IMG/VR virus record: IMGVR_UViG_3300028599_000001
Span: 1-40,048 of that record
From: a virus
DNA length: 40,048 nucleotides
Strand: one strand, 5' to 3'
Shown: positions 17,893 through 27,306 of the stretch, piece after piece
Layout of the letters: each line of letters begins with the position of its first letter
Numbering within the stretch: the stretch's first letter is position 1
The notes under the pieces: model-generated
Database searches by the model: none
Seen by the model: only the letters and a program-made list of their open reading frames with translations
Told to the model about the DNA's origin: nothing
Translations under genes and position numbers: made by a program

Positions 17893-19130
17893 CCCGTTCT
17901 CGTTACAGTCGTAACATTCCCAACAGTATTGACTGTCTGTGTAATGGTGCCAGCGGTACGTGTGTTCGCGTCGTCATCGACGACAAGCGAAGTACCTGTT
18001 TTCAACCCATGTAAAGACCTGACTTCATCGGTTCTTGTAAAAAGCGTATCATCATCAAGATTATCCAATACACCATTATTGACATGCTCGATGCCGCCAT
18101 ATAATCGCGCATCGCCACCGGTGCACGTTGCATCAAAGGTTATTTTCCCGCCAGCGCCAGCCATTTCGACCAAGCCTCCCGTGACCATGTTTTTGATTAA
18201 TATTCGACCCCCTAACCAGCCTCTGATAGACAGTTTTTTGGCAATGCTATTAAAATCTATCGTGACTTCCTCGTTGGTTTGCTCAACGGCCGTATAAGAT
18301 TGCTTAATGATGAGATCGTTATTCATTACAATAGGGCCGAATAAGATACAATTATCAAACTGCCCATTAGCATCGGTTACCGAATTGACGATAGAACCGA
18401 TAACTTGATTCGTGTCTGTCATTTGGCCAAAAATATGTGCATCAATAAACCTGCACTCTGTGACATCACAGGTTGGCTGTAGGAAAATAAACGAATTGTG
18501 AACACTGTCACCATAGAAGCTATTACCGACAGAATGATCGCCAACCACAAATATGGTGGACATCACGTAGATATTTTTAAAACCTTTTTGAGCCAACAAG
18601 TCGAGTACGTTTTGCTCTGTCTCAACAGGAAATTCACGCACGCCATAAGGATATTCAATTGAATCTGTCCCTGCTGCTGGATCCCAAGAAACGCCAAGAC
18701 CGTCCCTGCCAATAAAGGTTGTGGCTTGCAGTTGCTCCAGATTTGCCACTGTTGAATCCACCAAGTTAGATACGGTGGCTTCTAAAAATACTGAATAAGT
18801 CCCGCCTGTGGGCTTAATATAGGGACTTGTGCCATCGACAGAATAAAGATTTCCGGTGACAATTAACCTTTGGTCAGCGTCATAAGGTTCAATCTTCCAA
18901 TCAGATCGTAAAAAATAAGTGTCGCCCAAAAATCCTGTGGGCGTTGGATTGCCGCCAAGCGCGCTGAAAGGTGGTCTGACCTTCCGTAAAGCAGGGGTGC
19001 TTAGCCAGTCCTCTTTCTGATCACCGTAGAGATCAACCTGAACATCCAGATTGACGATACCGTCCCCGTCCGGTGCCTCGGTCAATTTAATAATCCGTGT
19101 CGTGGCGTTGAATGTCGCTTTAGCACCCAT
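17889..19130 (-). CDS. Beta-rich virion-associated protein candidate (413 aa). Its N-terminal domain is related to that of the 614-aa protein
   Basis: N-terminus ..LYGDQKEDWLSTPALRKVRPPF..GDTYFLRSDWKIEP aligns by eye with ..SFMKEEYLNGTDAATLRRFRFPW..GSFIWVNGWAPAD in 19540-21384. Confidence 0.45.
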   Translation of the reverse strand: MGAKATFNATTRIIKLTEAPDGDGIVNLDVQVDLYGDQKEDWLSTPALRKVRPPFSALGGNPTPTGFLGDTYFLRSDWKIEPYDADQRLIVTGNLYSVDGTSPYIKPTGGTYSVFLEATVSNLVDSTVANLEQLQATTFIGRDGLGVSWDPAAGTDSIEYPYGVREFPVETEQNVLDLLAQKGFKNIYVMSTIFVVGDHSVGNSFYGDSVHNSFIFLQPTCDVTECRFIDAHIFGQMTDTNQVIGSIVNSVTDANGQFDNCILFGPIVMNNDLIIKQSYTAVEQTNEEVTIDFNSIAKKLSIRGWLGGRILIKNMVTGGLVEMAGAGGKITFDATCTGGDARLYGGIEHVNNGVLDNLDDDTLFTRTDEVRSLHGLKTGTSLVVDDDANTRTAGTITQTVNTVGNVTTVTRTG

Positions 19131-19553
19131 TTATTTCTTCCGTTGTTTCTCGATCTTTCTCCTGACATGAATATCGGGATAGGTCACTTTCCCACCGGGT
19201 TCGACTTGTGGGAATTTCGCCCTAACCACGTCTTGCCATTCCTGTAATAACGACTTGTCACGGTGCACGCATTCATAGGGTTCAGTCTGTGAAATGTCCC
19301 AGATAATCCCAAAAAAACGCCAACCAGCAAACAGAGGGTCGCTCTCATACTTCTTGATGAAGTCTGGATCGACCTCGGAGGCCGGTCCTCCGTTGGCTTC
19401 CGTGGCCAATCGATACAGTTTGTATCGGATCTCTTTGCGTTCCCGTCGCATTAACATTCCCTCTGGCGACAAAGCCTTTACAGTGCGGTGGATTTCTTTG
19501 GGCGACAGTTCGTCCAATTCCAGGTCGTCGATCTTTTTATCAAGCGTTGACAT
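19131..19553 (-). CDS. Hypothetical protein (140 aa, basic C-terminus), possible assembly factor for the upstream 614-aa protein
   Basis: 14-nt overlap with the upstream gene. Non-structural-looking composition. Confidence 0.4.
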   Translation of the reverse strand: MSTLDKKIDDLELDELSPKEIHRTVKALSPEGMLMRRERKEIRYKLYRLATEANGGPASEVDPDFIKKYESDPLFAGWRFFGIIWDISQTEPYECVHRDKSLLQEWQDVVRAKFPQVEPGGKVTYPDIHVRRKIEKQRKK

Positions 19554-21384
19554 AGTTCAGCTCATCATTGGGGTTCACGGCGATATTCTGTCCCACGGCT
19601 GCAGTGATGGTATGCGTGGCTTCGACCCACTCCGCCCCGTCTAACGCTTGAGCGACCACCGTTATCGGGGCGTCCGTGTTCGGTGTACGTCCGCCTTGGT
19701 TGTTATTGGTGTAGTCAAAGTCCCAAGCAATTGTCGCGGCGGTAACTTGTCCCGAGATGTCCGTTGCAGAATTGTCATCCACAATGATCGCCCCAGGAGA
19801 CTCAAAGGGATTCTCCAACACTGTAATAGACGCGGTCTCGGTGACTAAAGTCGTGCCTTCCTGATGGGTGATGTTCATCGTGTTGGCACCCGTGGTATTC
19901 ACTAAGTAAAGTCCATTGTTTCCTGCATTGGTCACAAATGCAGACAAGTCTATGTAATCCGTAGCGACAATATGATCCAGGTCTGTCCCCGCCCAAGTCA
20001 GATCCCCTGTCGCTCCTGCACTCAAGGTTAAGGTGTAGCTGCCGGTCGTGGTCGTGATATAGGTATGGTAGGCCGTGTAGTAGGTTTCAGCGTCCAGTTC
20101 ATCCACGATGTTAGAAGCAAAGTTCAAATTCCCAGCCGCGACAAACGGGAAGGAGACTGGTGTTGCACCCGGTGCGACGGGAATGCCGTCCGTGTCCACG
20201 CCCCCCGAGTCCACAACGATAGGTTGGTGCTGGATGACGTTGGTGGAGTTGGCATCGAATCCCCTAATGACTACCCCGGGCTCCATGATCATCGTATCGC
20301 CGGTATACGCATCCAATAAATAAGCGACTTCACCATTCACTGTACCGAAACCGCGCTGGTTCACTGAGGTCGTGTCGTTGGCGTTAATATCGCCGGTTTG
20401 ACGCAGTGACCACATATTGAACTCGTGGGCCTCTTCATCCGTGCCTGTCGCTGCGGTCACAACTCGATTGAATGCGTAGTAGGTTGACCCTATCAGCTCT
20501 TCACCGTTGTAAGATTCAAGGACAGCAGTACCACCATTTGCGGTATAGTCTGCCGCGCCCGAGGCGTCCACCGTTCCACCCGTCACTACGAAGAACCACC
20601 GTCCCGCACCGTCTTGTAACACTTCGTCAGCCACGTAAGTCGTGGCCGCCGCTGTGTCGAAGGTCGTACCTTTAAGGTAGTTCACCTTCATGTTGGTGTA
20701 AGGTGTCGTAGTCGAAACGGTGACATCGGATGCGGTGACTTTCGCATCATTACCGTTCAACAGTGGGAAGGAATAGGCCTGGTAGGTAATCGCTGCAATA
20801 TCGTACTCGGATAACAGATTGTATTCGGCGTAGAGTTTCCCTTGTTCTCTCAAAAAGGCCTTGAAGTATGTCGTGGCGCCGGTAATGTCAACGTTCTCAT
20901 TCATTTGACCCGTTTTATCAAAATCTGTCGTGGTCGCGGTAAACCCGGAGGCTTGGACGTAATACGCTAGATCCGAGGCGTCATCGTCCGTTTGACTCAA
21001 AGAGATCATGCAGGCGTTTTCATTACTGGAGACTTGTTCTAAAAAGCCCGCATCCCTCATTAGGTCGCGGGTCTGCGCATCAGCAGGCGCCCAGCCATTC
21101 ACCCATATAAAGGAACCTTCAAAGATCATCTTCCAGGGGAATCTGAAACGTCTGAGGGTGGCGGCATCCGTACCGTTTAAGTACTCTTCTTTCATGAAAG
21201 AATACCCGGCACGTCCTGTCACACCGGAAGTCTTACCGGGTGCGGTGTCGTCTAAGTTCCCCGCGACACGAAGTTGAACGGTTTTAGGGCCAGTGAGGAT
21301 AACCATTTCCTCGGTCGTCGCACCGGCTGCGCTGGTTGCATGGACATAAACCGATAAACTGTCTGGATCTGTGATTTTAGCCAT
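19540..21384 (-). CDS. Large Thr/Ala/Gly/Asn-rich virion-associated protein candidate (614 aa)
   Basis: Composition, shared N-terminal domain with the 413-aa protein, C-terminus ..ELNYVNA similar to ..DPNYVNP of the 601-aa protein. Confidence 0.45.
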   Translation of the reverse strand: MAKITDPDSLSVYVHATSAAGATTEEMVILTGPKTVQLRVAGNLDDTAPGKTSGVTGRAGYSFMKEEYLNGTDAATLRRFRFPWKMIFEGSFIWVNGWAPADAQTRDLMRDAGFLEQVSSNENACMISLSQTDDDASDLAYYVQASGFTATTTDFDKTGQMNENVDITGATTYFKAFLREQGKLYAEYNLLSEYDIAAITYQAYSFPLLNGNDAKVTASDVTVSTTTPYTNMKVNYLKGTTFDTAAATTYVADEVLQDGAGRWFFVVTGGTVDASGAADYTANGGTAVLESYNGEELIGSTYYAFNRVVTAATGTDEEAHEFNMWSLRQTGDINANDTTSVNQRGFGTVNGEVAYLLDAYTGDTMIMEPGVVIRGFDANSTNVIQHQPIVVDSGGVDTDGIPVAPGATPVSFPFVAAGNLNFASNIVDELDAETYYTAYHTYITTTTGSYTLTLSAGATGDLTWAGTDLDHIVATDYIDLSAFVTNAGNNGLYLVNTTGANTMNITHQEGTTLVTETASITVLENPFESPGAIIVDDNSATDISGQVTAATIAWDFDYTNNNQGGRTPNTDAPITVVAQALDGAEWVEATHTITAAVGQNIAVNPNDELNYVNA

Positions 21385-21394
21385 TTACATAACC

Positions 21395-23200
21395 TTATGG
21401 ATTAACATAATTGGGATCATCCACCGCTTGCACCTTAATAGAGCTGTCGGCATTGGGCAGCAGTAAATCATAAATGTCGGATAAGTTAGGATCATAGGCC
21501 AAGGCGTTAAACAGAATATCGACCGTCTCCCCACCACCATGCGTATAGGTCGTACTCCCTGACGTCACTGTACCGTGTTGCAATTCCGTTCGAGTAGAAC
21601 TGTTCACGATAGTGACGTTTGTGGGATTAGGAATATTGGTCAGTGTTAGGACAAAGGACGCGACGAACAAATGATCCGCATTTGTACCCGTATTGTTACA
21701 CGTCGAAGGATCGGCGCCGTTGGTTTTATTGATAACCAAGACTTGAGTGGCGGTTCCCGTCCCACTTCCAACACCGGTAGCCACGAACTTCGTACCAATG
21801 TTGTTATCTGCTGAGCCTATTAGTGTGAAGTCTGTCGTACCAACTGTTAATATCTTATATCCCTCATTCACCACGAATGACCCAGCGGTAATGGTTGAGG
21901 CATTCCCCGAGTTCAAAACGTCATACGTGTTGCCGGAGAAAGTCAGGTTGTTATAGGTCGATGCTAAAGGTGAGGCGTGTTCAATCCCCGCCCCGGTTGT
22001 GTTGGCGATAAACTTGGAATTTTGTATATCAATGTTCGTGTTCCACAGTAACGCGGAAGACGTGTCAGAAGTCTCCGCGAATACCGCATTTCTGATTACT
22101 TGCGCGCCGACAGGATCGTATTGCGCACAGCCTGCAATACTAATCCCCAGACCTTTATGATCTGAATCATTACCGCTATTTAGAACGCCAGTAAGATTAA
22201 CCAGATTTGTACCGTACAACGTCGAGACACTGGCTGCGTTATTCCCTCCATAGAGATCCAGGTAATAATCCAGATCAGCCGCCCCTCGGATATTTGATCC
22301 ACTACGGCCCGCGTCCGTTCCGACGATAACCCCATCACTGAAAGTCGTGGTATAGGTGGTGTGGTCTTCAATATTGATCCCTGCAATCCCTACTGGCATG
22401 GTCGAGGCCCACACACTGCCCGTCCAGAACTCCGATTCACCCGCCTGGACTACCCTTCCACTATCCGTAAAGCTTACGACAGCCGTTTGACTCGCCGCGT
22501 CACCGATATTCAATCCGCCGTATTGATAATAAATGCCTTCCCGCTGTTCAAATACCGGCCAACCTCTGGTGGAGTAATCGGTAACGTAATCGACGACTTC
22601 TTTAATTCCAGTGGTGCTTGTTCCTGTGACTCTTAACCCCGATCCGACAATGATCATGTCAGTGAAAATACTGTCAGCACGCGCGGAAGTAGAACAGTCA
22701 ATCCATATCCCTAATGTACGAACGCTCGCAATGATGCTCGACTGTGTACCGTTGCTTCGTGTAGGGGTTTTGTTGACATCTAACGCAAAGACTTTCCAGC
22801 GCCCGTTCCAGCCGTTCGTATCGTCATTACCCGCTATGAGATAATCAAGGTAGTTCGTGGTGCCAGGAGACGATGACGAAACGCGTAAACAAAGACCGTA
22901 ATTGGCTTTGGTGTCCAAAGTCCCTAGAGCGGTCATAGATACAAGGAAATAAATCAGTTCGCCTTCTTCGGTCCCACCACTGGAGAAATCCAGCTCATTT
23001 CCCGATCCAATGTCGTACTGATGAAAACCTGACTTAGAGGCGTACTTCCCGCCGATGGATACGCCATTGATCAAATACACGTCATTCGAGACAGAAATTG
23101 TGCCTAACCCCACCTCCGACCACGTCCCACCAGCGGTGTCGCTTATCGCATCGGCATTCGCTATGACTCCTTTCCCTTCGATAGCGATCGTCAGGGCCAT
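21395..23200 (-). CDS. Large beta-helix-like protein (601 aa), tailspike/depolymerase-like, carrying a roughly 45-aa inserted domain shared with the 328-aa protein
   Basis: Repetitive N/G/S/T-rich strands (..NLVNLTGVLNSGN..NTNIDIQNSKFIANTTGAG..). Domain AGSFVVNEGYKILTVGTTDFTLIGSADNNIGTKFVATGVGSGTGTA. Confidence 0.45.
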   Translation of the reverse strand: MALTIAIEGKGVIANADAISDTAGGTWSEVGLGTISVSNDVYLINGVSIGGKYASKSGFHQYDIGSGNELDFSSGGTEEGELIYFLVSMTALGTLDTKANYGLCLRVSSSSPGTTNYLDYLIAGNDDTNGWNGRWKVFALDVNKTPTRSNGTQSSIIASVRTLGIWIDCSTSARADSIFTDMIIVGSGLRVTGTSTTGIKEVVDYVTDYSTRGWPVFEQREGIYYQYGGLNIGDAASQTAVVSFTDSGRVVQAGESEFWTGSVWASTMPVGIAGINIEDHTTYTTTFSDGVIVGTDAGRSGSNIRGAADLDYYLDLYGGNNAASVSTLYGTNLVNLTGVLNSGNDSDHKGLGISIAGCAQYDPVGAQVIRNAVFAETSDTSSALLWNTNIDIQNSKFIANTTGAGIEHASPLASTYNNLTFSGNTYDVLNSGNASTITAGSFVVNEGYKILTVGTTDFTLIGSADNNIGTKFVATGVGSGTGTATQVLVINKTNGADPSTCNNTGTNADHLFVASFVLTLTNIPNPTNVTIVNSSTRTELQHGTVTSGSTTYTHGGGETVDILFNALAYDPNLSDIYDLLLPNADSSIKVQAVDDPNYVNP

Positions 23201-24187
23201 TTACACGTCCCAGCCGTCTCTGGCGTTACTCACAGCGGTTTCGGCAGCCGTATCGATCTCGAACACTTCCCAGGTATCCGAATCAATATTGAAATGGAAT
23301 ACCGCATCACCGAAGTTTTTACTCACTGATTCAAATTTCTCCGCTACCAGTTGAAATTCACCGGGGACCAATCCTTGCTCGTTGTAGGTATTACCTGAAA
23401 ACGCCGTGATGCAGTTCGCCCAGCGCCTCGCTGTTGTGCTGATTTTCGCCGCCCGACAGTCTCCGGTCGCCGTTAAAATCTCATTGGTTTCGTGGATCGT
23501 GACATTGGTCGCCGCCACGCCTCCGGTCGTACCATCACGCTGGCCAGTAATATGCCCTACCTGAATCGTCCCCGAGGCGTCTTCCACAGGCCCGTTCGAG
23601 CCAAAGGCACAACAATGAATCGTATCGGCTTCGGTGGTGGTTAAGGCGATACCCGTGGTGGGATTGGTCGTTGAAGCTTGAGCATTCCCCTTTCCCACGT
23701 CTCTGGGGCCGGCTTTTCCGTAATCACTGGCAAAACACGCCCTAGCGCTCAATGAGGAGGCCCAGGTATAGGTTAATGTCCGGCTGTTGGTTTTTTCTAT
23801 AATCGCTCGGTATTGGGCAGTGGTAATGCCTGAGTTCAATTCCGAGGTCCGTGTATTCGCGACCAATCGTAATGACCGGCTACCGAACTTTACGGACTGG
23901 GGATGCTCCATTGCTGTGCCAGTCCCTGTTCCCACACCGGTCGCGGTGAACTCTGTCCCTGCAAGGCTGTCCGCCGCACCGATCAAGGTGAAGTTTGTCG
24001 TCCCAGGGACCAATATGGTGTATTCCTCGCCCACCACAAAAGACCCTGCTATCACAGAGCTCTTATAGGTAACAGCGGAAATAAGCAGTGAAAAGGCCAC
24101 GTCCATCGAAAACGCTGAGGGACTTAATGTCGTCCCGGAGACTTTCGTTTGTGCCGTGCCTTTAGCAATAGGAGCAATAAGTGCCAT
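23201..24187 (-). CDS. Beta-rich protein (328 aa) carrying the same roughly 45-aa domain
   Basis: AGSFVVGEEYTILVPGTTNFTLIGAADSLAGTEFTATGVGTGTGTA. First gene after portal. Start abuts the next gene. Confidence 0.45.
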   Translation of the reverse strand: MALIAPIAKGTAQTKVSGTTLSPSAFSMDVAFSLLISAVTYKSSVIAGSFVVGEEYTILVPGTTNFTLIGAADSLAGTEFTATGVGTGTGTAMEHPQSVKFGSRSLRLVANTRTSELNSGITTAQYRAIIEKTNSRTLTYTWASSLSARACFASDYGKAGPRDVGKGNAQASTTNPTTGIALTTTEADTIHCCAFGSNGPVEDASGTIQVGHITGQRDGTTGGVAATNVTIHETNEILTATGDCRAAKISTTARRWANCITAFSGNTYNEQGLVPGEFQLVAEKFESVSKNFGDAVFHFNIDSDTWEVFEIDTAAETAVSNARDGWDV

Positions 24188-24234
24188 CCCTGGTATACAA
24201 CCTCCATGTCTATTGGCCGATCCTGGCCAGGTAT

Positions 24235-26538
24235 TTAGCTAGATTGGGTTTCTACAGATTGCCCGGTGATTTGTGTTCCATCAGGTTTCGTGAAGGCAAA
24301 CTCTTTCTTCACAGGCCCTTGCTTGGCATCGACATTAACGACAATCGGATTAGCGCCCAATTGTTGAATATTGGCGTTCATGGCTTCCAGAAGCGTATTG
24401 ATTTGTTCCAATTGCTCGTTTTTCTCGCCCTCTTCCTCCTCTGTGTCATCGTCAGACTCGGAGAGGGCATTGATCTCTTCTTTGATCTTGTTCGCTTGGA
24501 CTTCAAGTTTTGCGGCAGCGAGGAGGGCTTGAGCGTTGGCTACCTTGATGTCTGAGGCGAGTAACTGCCGCTGATGTTCGATGTCTTTCAACTGAGATTC
24601 ATTTGTAATGCGGTCTGCATTGACCTCCGTCGCCTGGGTTTCGACTTCTTTCTCCGCATCCATCAAGTCTTGACCACGCTGTTCCAGCATCATGGCCTGC
24701 TCTTCGATATGTTTCATCATGGCTTGGATTTTGGGATCGACTTCGTCCCCCTTTTCGTCCAAAGCCTGGATTTCAGGCGGCGCCATAGCCTTTAAGCGTT
24801 TCGCTATCTCTTCCGAATACGGCCAATCCGTCGCCTTAAAGAACAAGTCTCCGATGATCGGGGTGAGATCAGGCGACCCTTGCATGACCTGAGACATCAT
24901 TTCCGCGCCTTCTTGTCGTTTGGCGGTGTAACTCGGGCCTGTAGCGACTGTCACATCGTACTTACCGACATTCAGGTTATAAATAGACCCGATTTCCTTT
25001 CCTTGTTGGTCTACATCAGGGGTGATAGCTTGCTCTTGATTGGGGTTCAATTTCACCATGTCCGGTTCGCCATCTTCCCCGAGGATTCGAGCGACTCGCT
25101 CCGTGTCATAGACCTTGGGAATCCATTGGATCAAGATCCGGCCAGTGTGTTGGATGGATCGAGCGAGATTATCCGGGAAATGATAATTCCCGATCATGCC
25201 CTGGATTTTCTGCTCTTGTAACGCAATTCCAGACTTTTCTTGTGACTTCGCTCCGACTGAAGGACCGTACATCCCGTAAGAGCCTTCAACACCGTGTTCG
25301 GTATATTGGATGACCTGATGCCAGCCTGGCGACATGCCGGCAGGCGTGGTCCGAATAGGGGGGTTGATGGGATTATTCGCATCATCAAACCCGTTGTATT
25401 TCAATACCCCGATATTCTGGCGATTGGCTAATTTGTATTCATTTTCAAAGCCTTTAATGGATTGGGCTTCGGCCAACCACGGAGCCTTTGGAGCAAGGGC
25501 AACGGTCTCGATAAACCCCGCTATCGAGTAGTTATGCAATCGTTGTGCGTCCATCGCCGCCTCGATCGCACCCGAGAGACGGCACGTGCCGTCCGGCATG
25601 AAGAGCTCATTCCCCACCACTTTTACGACAGGAATGTACGTTCCTAGCATGTCCGCTTTTTCCAATATCTCCTCATTGGTCAATTTGTACCATTTGACGG
25701 TCTTGACCTGGGTTGTGCGAGATTGGACGGGTTCGGGCGGAGGAATGTCTTCAGCCATTTCTGGTGGGATGGTGGCGTATAAGGCTTGGGCTTGTTTTAA
25801 ATCTTCGTCTGTTAAAACAGCCCCATCTTGCATTTGATGGATGGTCGTGGGCTCCTCATCGACCTTCATGTACTCCGCAACACGGACTGTGTCCTTTTCC
25901 GACCAATCGCTGGCATTGTCGAAATCAACCTCTTTTGCCTTAGGGTATTCCCGTTTAAAGTCGTCTCGCTCCATGTCCTCCCATATAACGGCTTCTTTAC
26001 AGTCAGCGCCGTCAGGGTCTGTATGGGGTCCCAAAGCCACGGAGAAGCGGTTAGGGACGCGTACAATGCGAATGGCTTGATCGAAGGACATATCGTCCTC
26101 GTATTCCGTGAGAATGCGCCAATACCCAAAACCCCCATCGATTGCCTGCTCACCGGCATAGGTGTAGGCCTCAATCGCGTTAGAGGCGTCTTCAATGTGG
26201 CGAATGATCCCGGTGAAGGTCTCAGCGACTTTGGGATCGGCATCGTCATCGACGGGCCTGACCTTGATTGCAGCACGGTTCTGTCGCTCTTCATTGACGA
26301 TCTGCCGGGTGTATTGGTTGGTTTTATCGATCACCGGACACGGTCGGGGGCCACCGTCCTGGTTCTTGCCTTCCCGGTCTTCCTTGATGGCTTGGGGCCA
26401 CTGTTCTAACGCACGGAAGCGAATCGCTTCTTCAGCGCGGCTGATATTGTCGTATTCGCGCTCTCGAAAGCGTTTTAGGCAGTCTCGGGCGTCCTTAATA
26501 ATCCGTTCTGTCTTGGTCAGCCCCTTGTCTTCGTCCAC
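24235..26538 (-). CDS. Portal protein, P22-portal-like, with a long C-terminal coiled-coil barrel. Start uncertain (GTG 26538 or TTG 26595)
   Basis: Motifs ..RFRALEQWPQAIKEDREGKNQDGGPRPCPVIDKTNQYTRQIVNEERQNRAAIKVRPVD... Heptad-rich acidic C-terminal roughly 150 aa. GTG overlaps the upstream stop (TAGTG). Confidence 0.8.
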   Translation of the reverse strand: MDEDKGLTKTERIIKDARDCLKRFREREYDNISRAEEAIRFRALEQWPQAIKEDREGKNQDGGPRPCPVIDKTNQYTRQIVNEERQNRAAIKVRPVDDDADPKVAETFTGIIRHIEDASNAIEAYTYAGEQAIDGGFGYWRILTEYEDDMSFDQAIRIVRVPNRFSVALGPHTDPDGADCKEAVIWEDMERDDFKREYPKAKEVDFDNASDWSEKDTVRVAEYMKVDEEPTTIHQMQDGAVLTDEDLKQAQALYATIPPEMAEDIPPPEPVQSRTTQVKTVKWYKLTNEEILEKADMLGTYIPVVKVVGNELFMPDGTCRLSGAIEAAMDAQRLHNYSIAGFIETVALAPKAPWLAEAQSIKGFENEYKLANRQNIGVLKYNGFDDANNPINPPIRTTPAGMSPGWHQVIQYTEHGVEGSYGMYGPSVGAKSQEKSGIALQEQKIQGMIGNYHFPDNLARSIQHTGRILIQWIPKVYDTERVARILGEDGEPDMVKLNPNQEQAITPDVDQQGKEIGSIYNLNVGKYDVTVATGPSYTAKRQEGAEMMSQVMQGSPDLTPIIGDLFFKATDWPYSEEIAKRLKAMAPPEIQALDEKGDEVDPKIQAMMKHIEEQAMMLEQRGQDLMDAEKEVETQATEVNADRITNESQLKDIEHQRQLLASDIKVANAQALLAAAKLEVQANKIKEEINALSESDDDTEEEEGEKNEQLEQINTLLEAMNANIQQLGANPIVVNVDAKQGPVKKEFAFTKPDGTQITGQSVETQSS

Positions 26539-26831
26539 TATGAGAAACGACCCAAAGCAATGACTGTTACACCGGCTGCTGTGGTAATCGCCCAAGGGCC
26601 GGTTTGGGATGTCATATTGAGCTCAAGCGGGTACGTACCAATAGCGGTGTTTGCCGCCATCAGAATAATACTGGTGCTCCCGTCAATCAAAGTGACTGTG
26701 CTTGATGCGGCCGTACCTACTACGATGGTTAGGCTGTGTAGGTAGTCGTGTTTAGCCCCCGCCTTTGTTGCTCCGGTTAAGTCAAAGTTGATCTCTGAGG
26801 CACCAACCGTCACATAGCTATACCCTTCCAT
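26538..26831 (-). CDS. Small beta-rich protein (97 aa), tandem paralog B
   Basis: MEGYSYVTVGAS..GATKAGAKHDYLH..GPWAITT..VIALGRFS. ATG overlaps the stop of paralog A (TAATG). Confidence 0.6.
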   Translation of the reverse strand: MEGYSYVTVGASEINFDLTGATKAGAKHDYLHSLTIVVGTAASSTVTLIDGSTSIILMAANTAIGTYPLELNMTSQTGPWAITTAAGVTVIALGRFS

Positions 26832-27127
26832 TATGAAAACCTCCCCACAGCGATCACACTGGACAGCGTGTCGGTTGTTATTTGCCAAGGGCCATTTTTT
26901 GATGTCATTTTTAAAAGTATGGAATACGCACCAATAGGCGCACCAGAAGCGATAATAGGGATTGCTGTGCCTGTCCCGTCTTCCAGATTCACTGTATTTA
27001 AGCTAGTAGCTTGTGTCCTAATAATGAGCCGATGCAAATAGTCGCCTTTTGCCCCTGCTTTGGTTGCGCCGGTTAGTTTGGCGTCCGTCTGCGAGGCATC
27101 AACCGTGACATAACTGTATCCTTCCAT
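26831..27127 (-). CDS. Small beta-rich protein (98 aa), tandem paralog A
   Basis: MEGYSYVTVDAS..GATKAGAKGDYLH..GPWQITT..VIAVGRFS. ATG overlaps the upstream stop (TGATG). Confidence 0.6.
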   Translation of the reverse strand: MEGYSYVTVDASQTDAKLTGATKAGAKGDYLHRLIIRTQATSLNTVNLEDGTGTAIPIIASGAPIGAYSILLKMTSKNGPWQITTDTLSSVIAVGRFS

Positions 27128-27306
27128 CAGTGCAGCCACTCCTGTGTGTTGTAGAAGTCCACGTACATTTCATTCATAACGTCCTCGATCTCAATAGGCA
27201 GAGGAATGTGTGGATCTTCGTTGGTGATTAAGGTGCCCTGTGTGGTCAATAGATCGATGGTGACCTGGCACATAGGGACGATGTGGCCTAGGGAATAGAC
27301 TCTCAT
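27127..27306 (-). CDS. Hypothetical protein (59 aa, below the ORF-track cutoff)
   Basis: Translated by hand as MRVYSLGHIVPMCQVTIDLLTTQGTLITNEDPHIPLPIEIEDVMNEMYVDFYNTQEWLH. ATGA overlap upstream and TGATG overlap downstream. Confidence 0.45.
   Translation of the reverse strand: MRVYSLGHIVPMCQVTIDLLTTQGTLITNEDPHIPLPIEIEDVMNEMYVDFYNTQEWLH

Noticed and set aside
21740-24070. Diversity-generating retroelement (template and variable repeat pair)
   Set aside because: At DNA level the two homologous ~135-nt segments are only about 60% identical, with substitutions at all bases rather than adenine-specific ones. No reverse transcriptase is encoded.
24574-26563. Numerous plus-strand ORFs nested in the portal gene (for example 25828-26409, 193 aa), with similar nested ORFs inside fibre, hub, coat and terL genes
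   Set aside because: They are antisense to or out of frame with long genes that have clear family motifs, they lack RBS, and their composition is typical of shadow frames.
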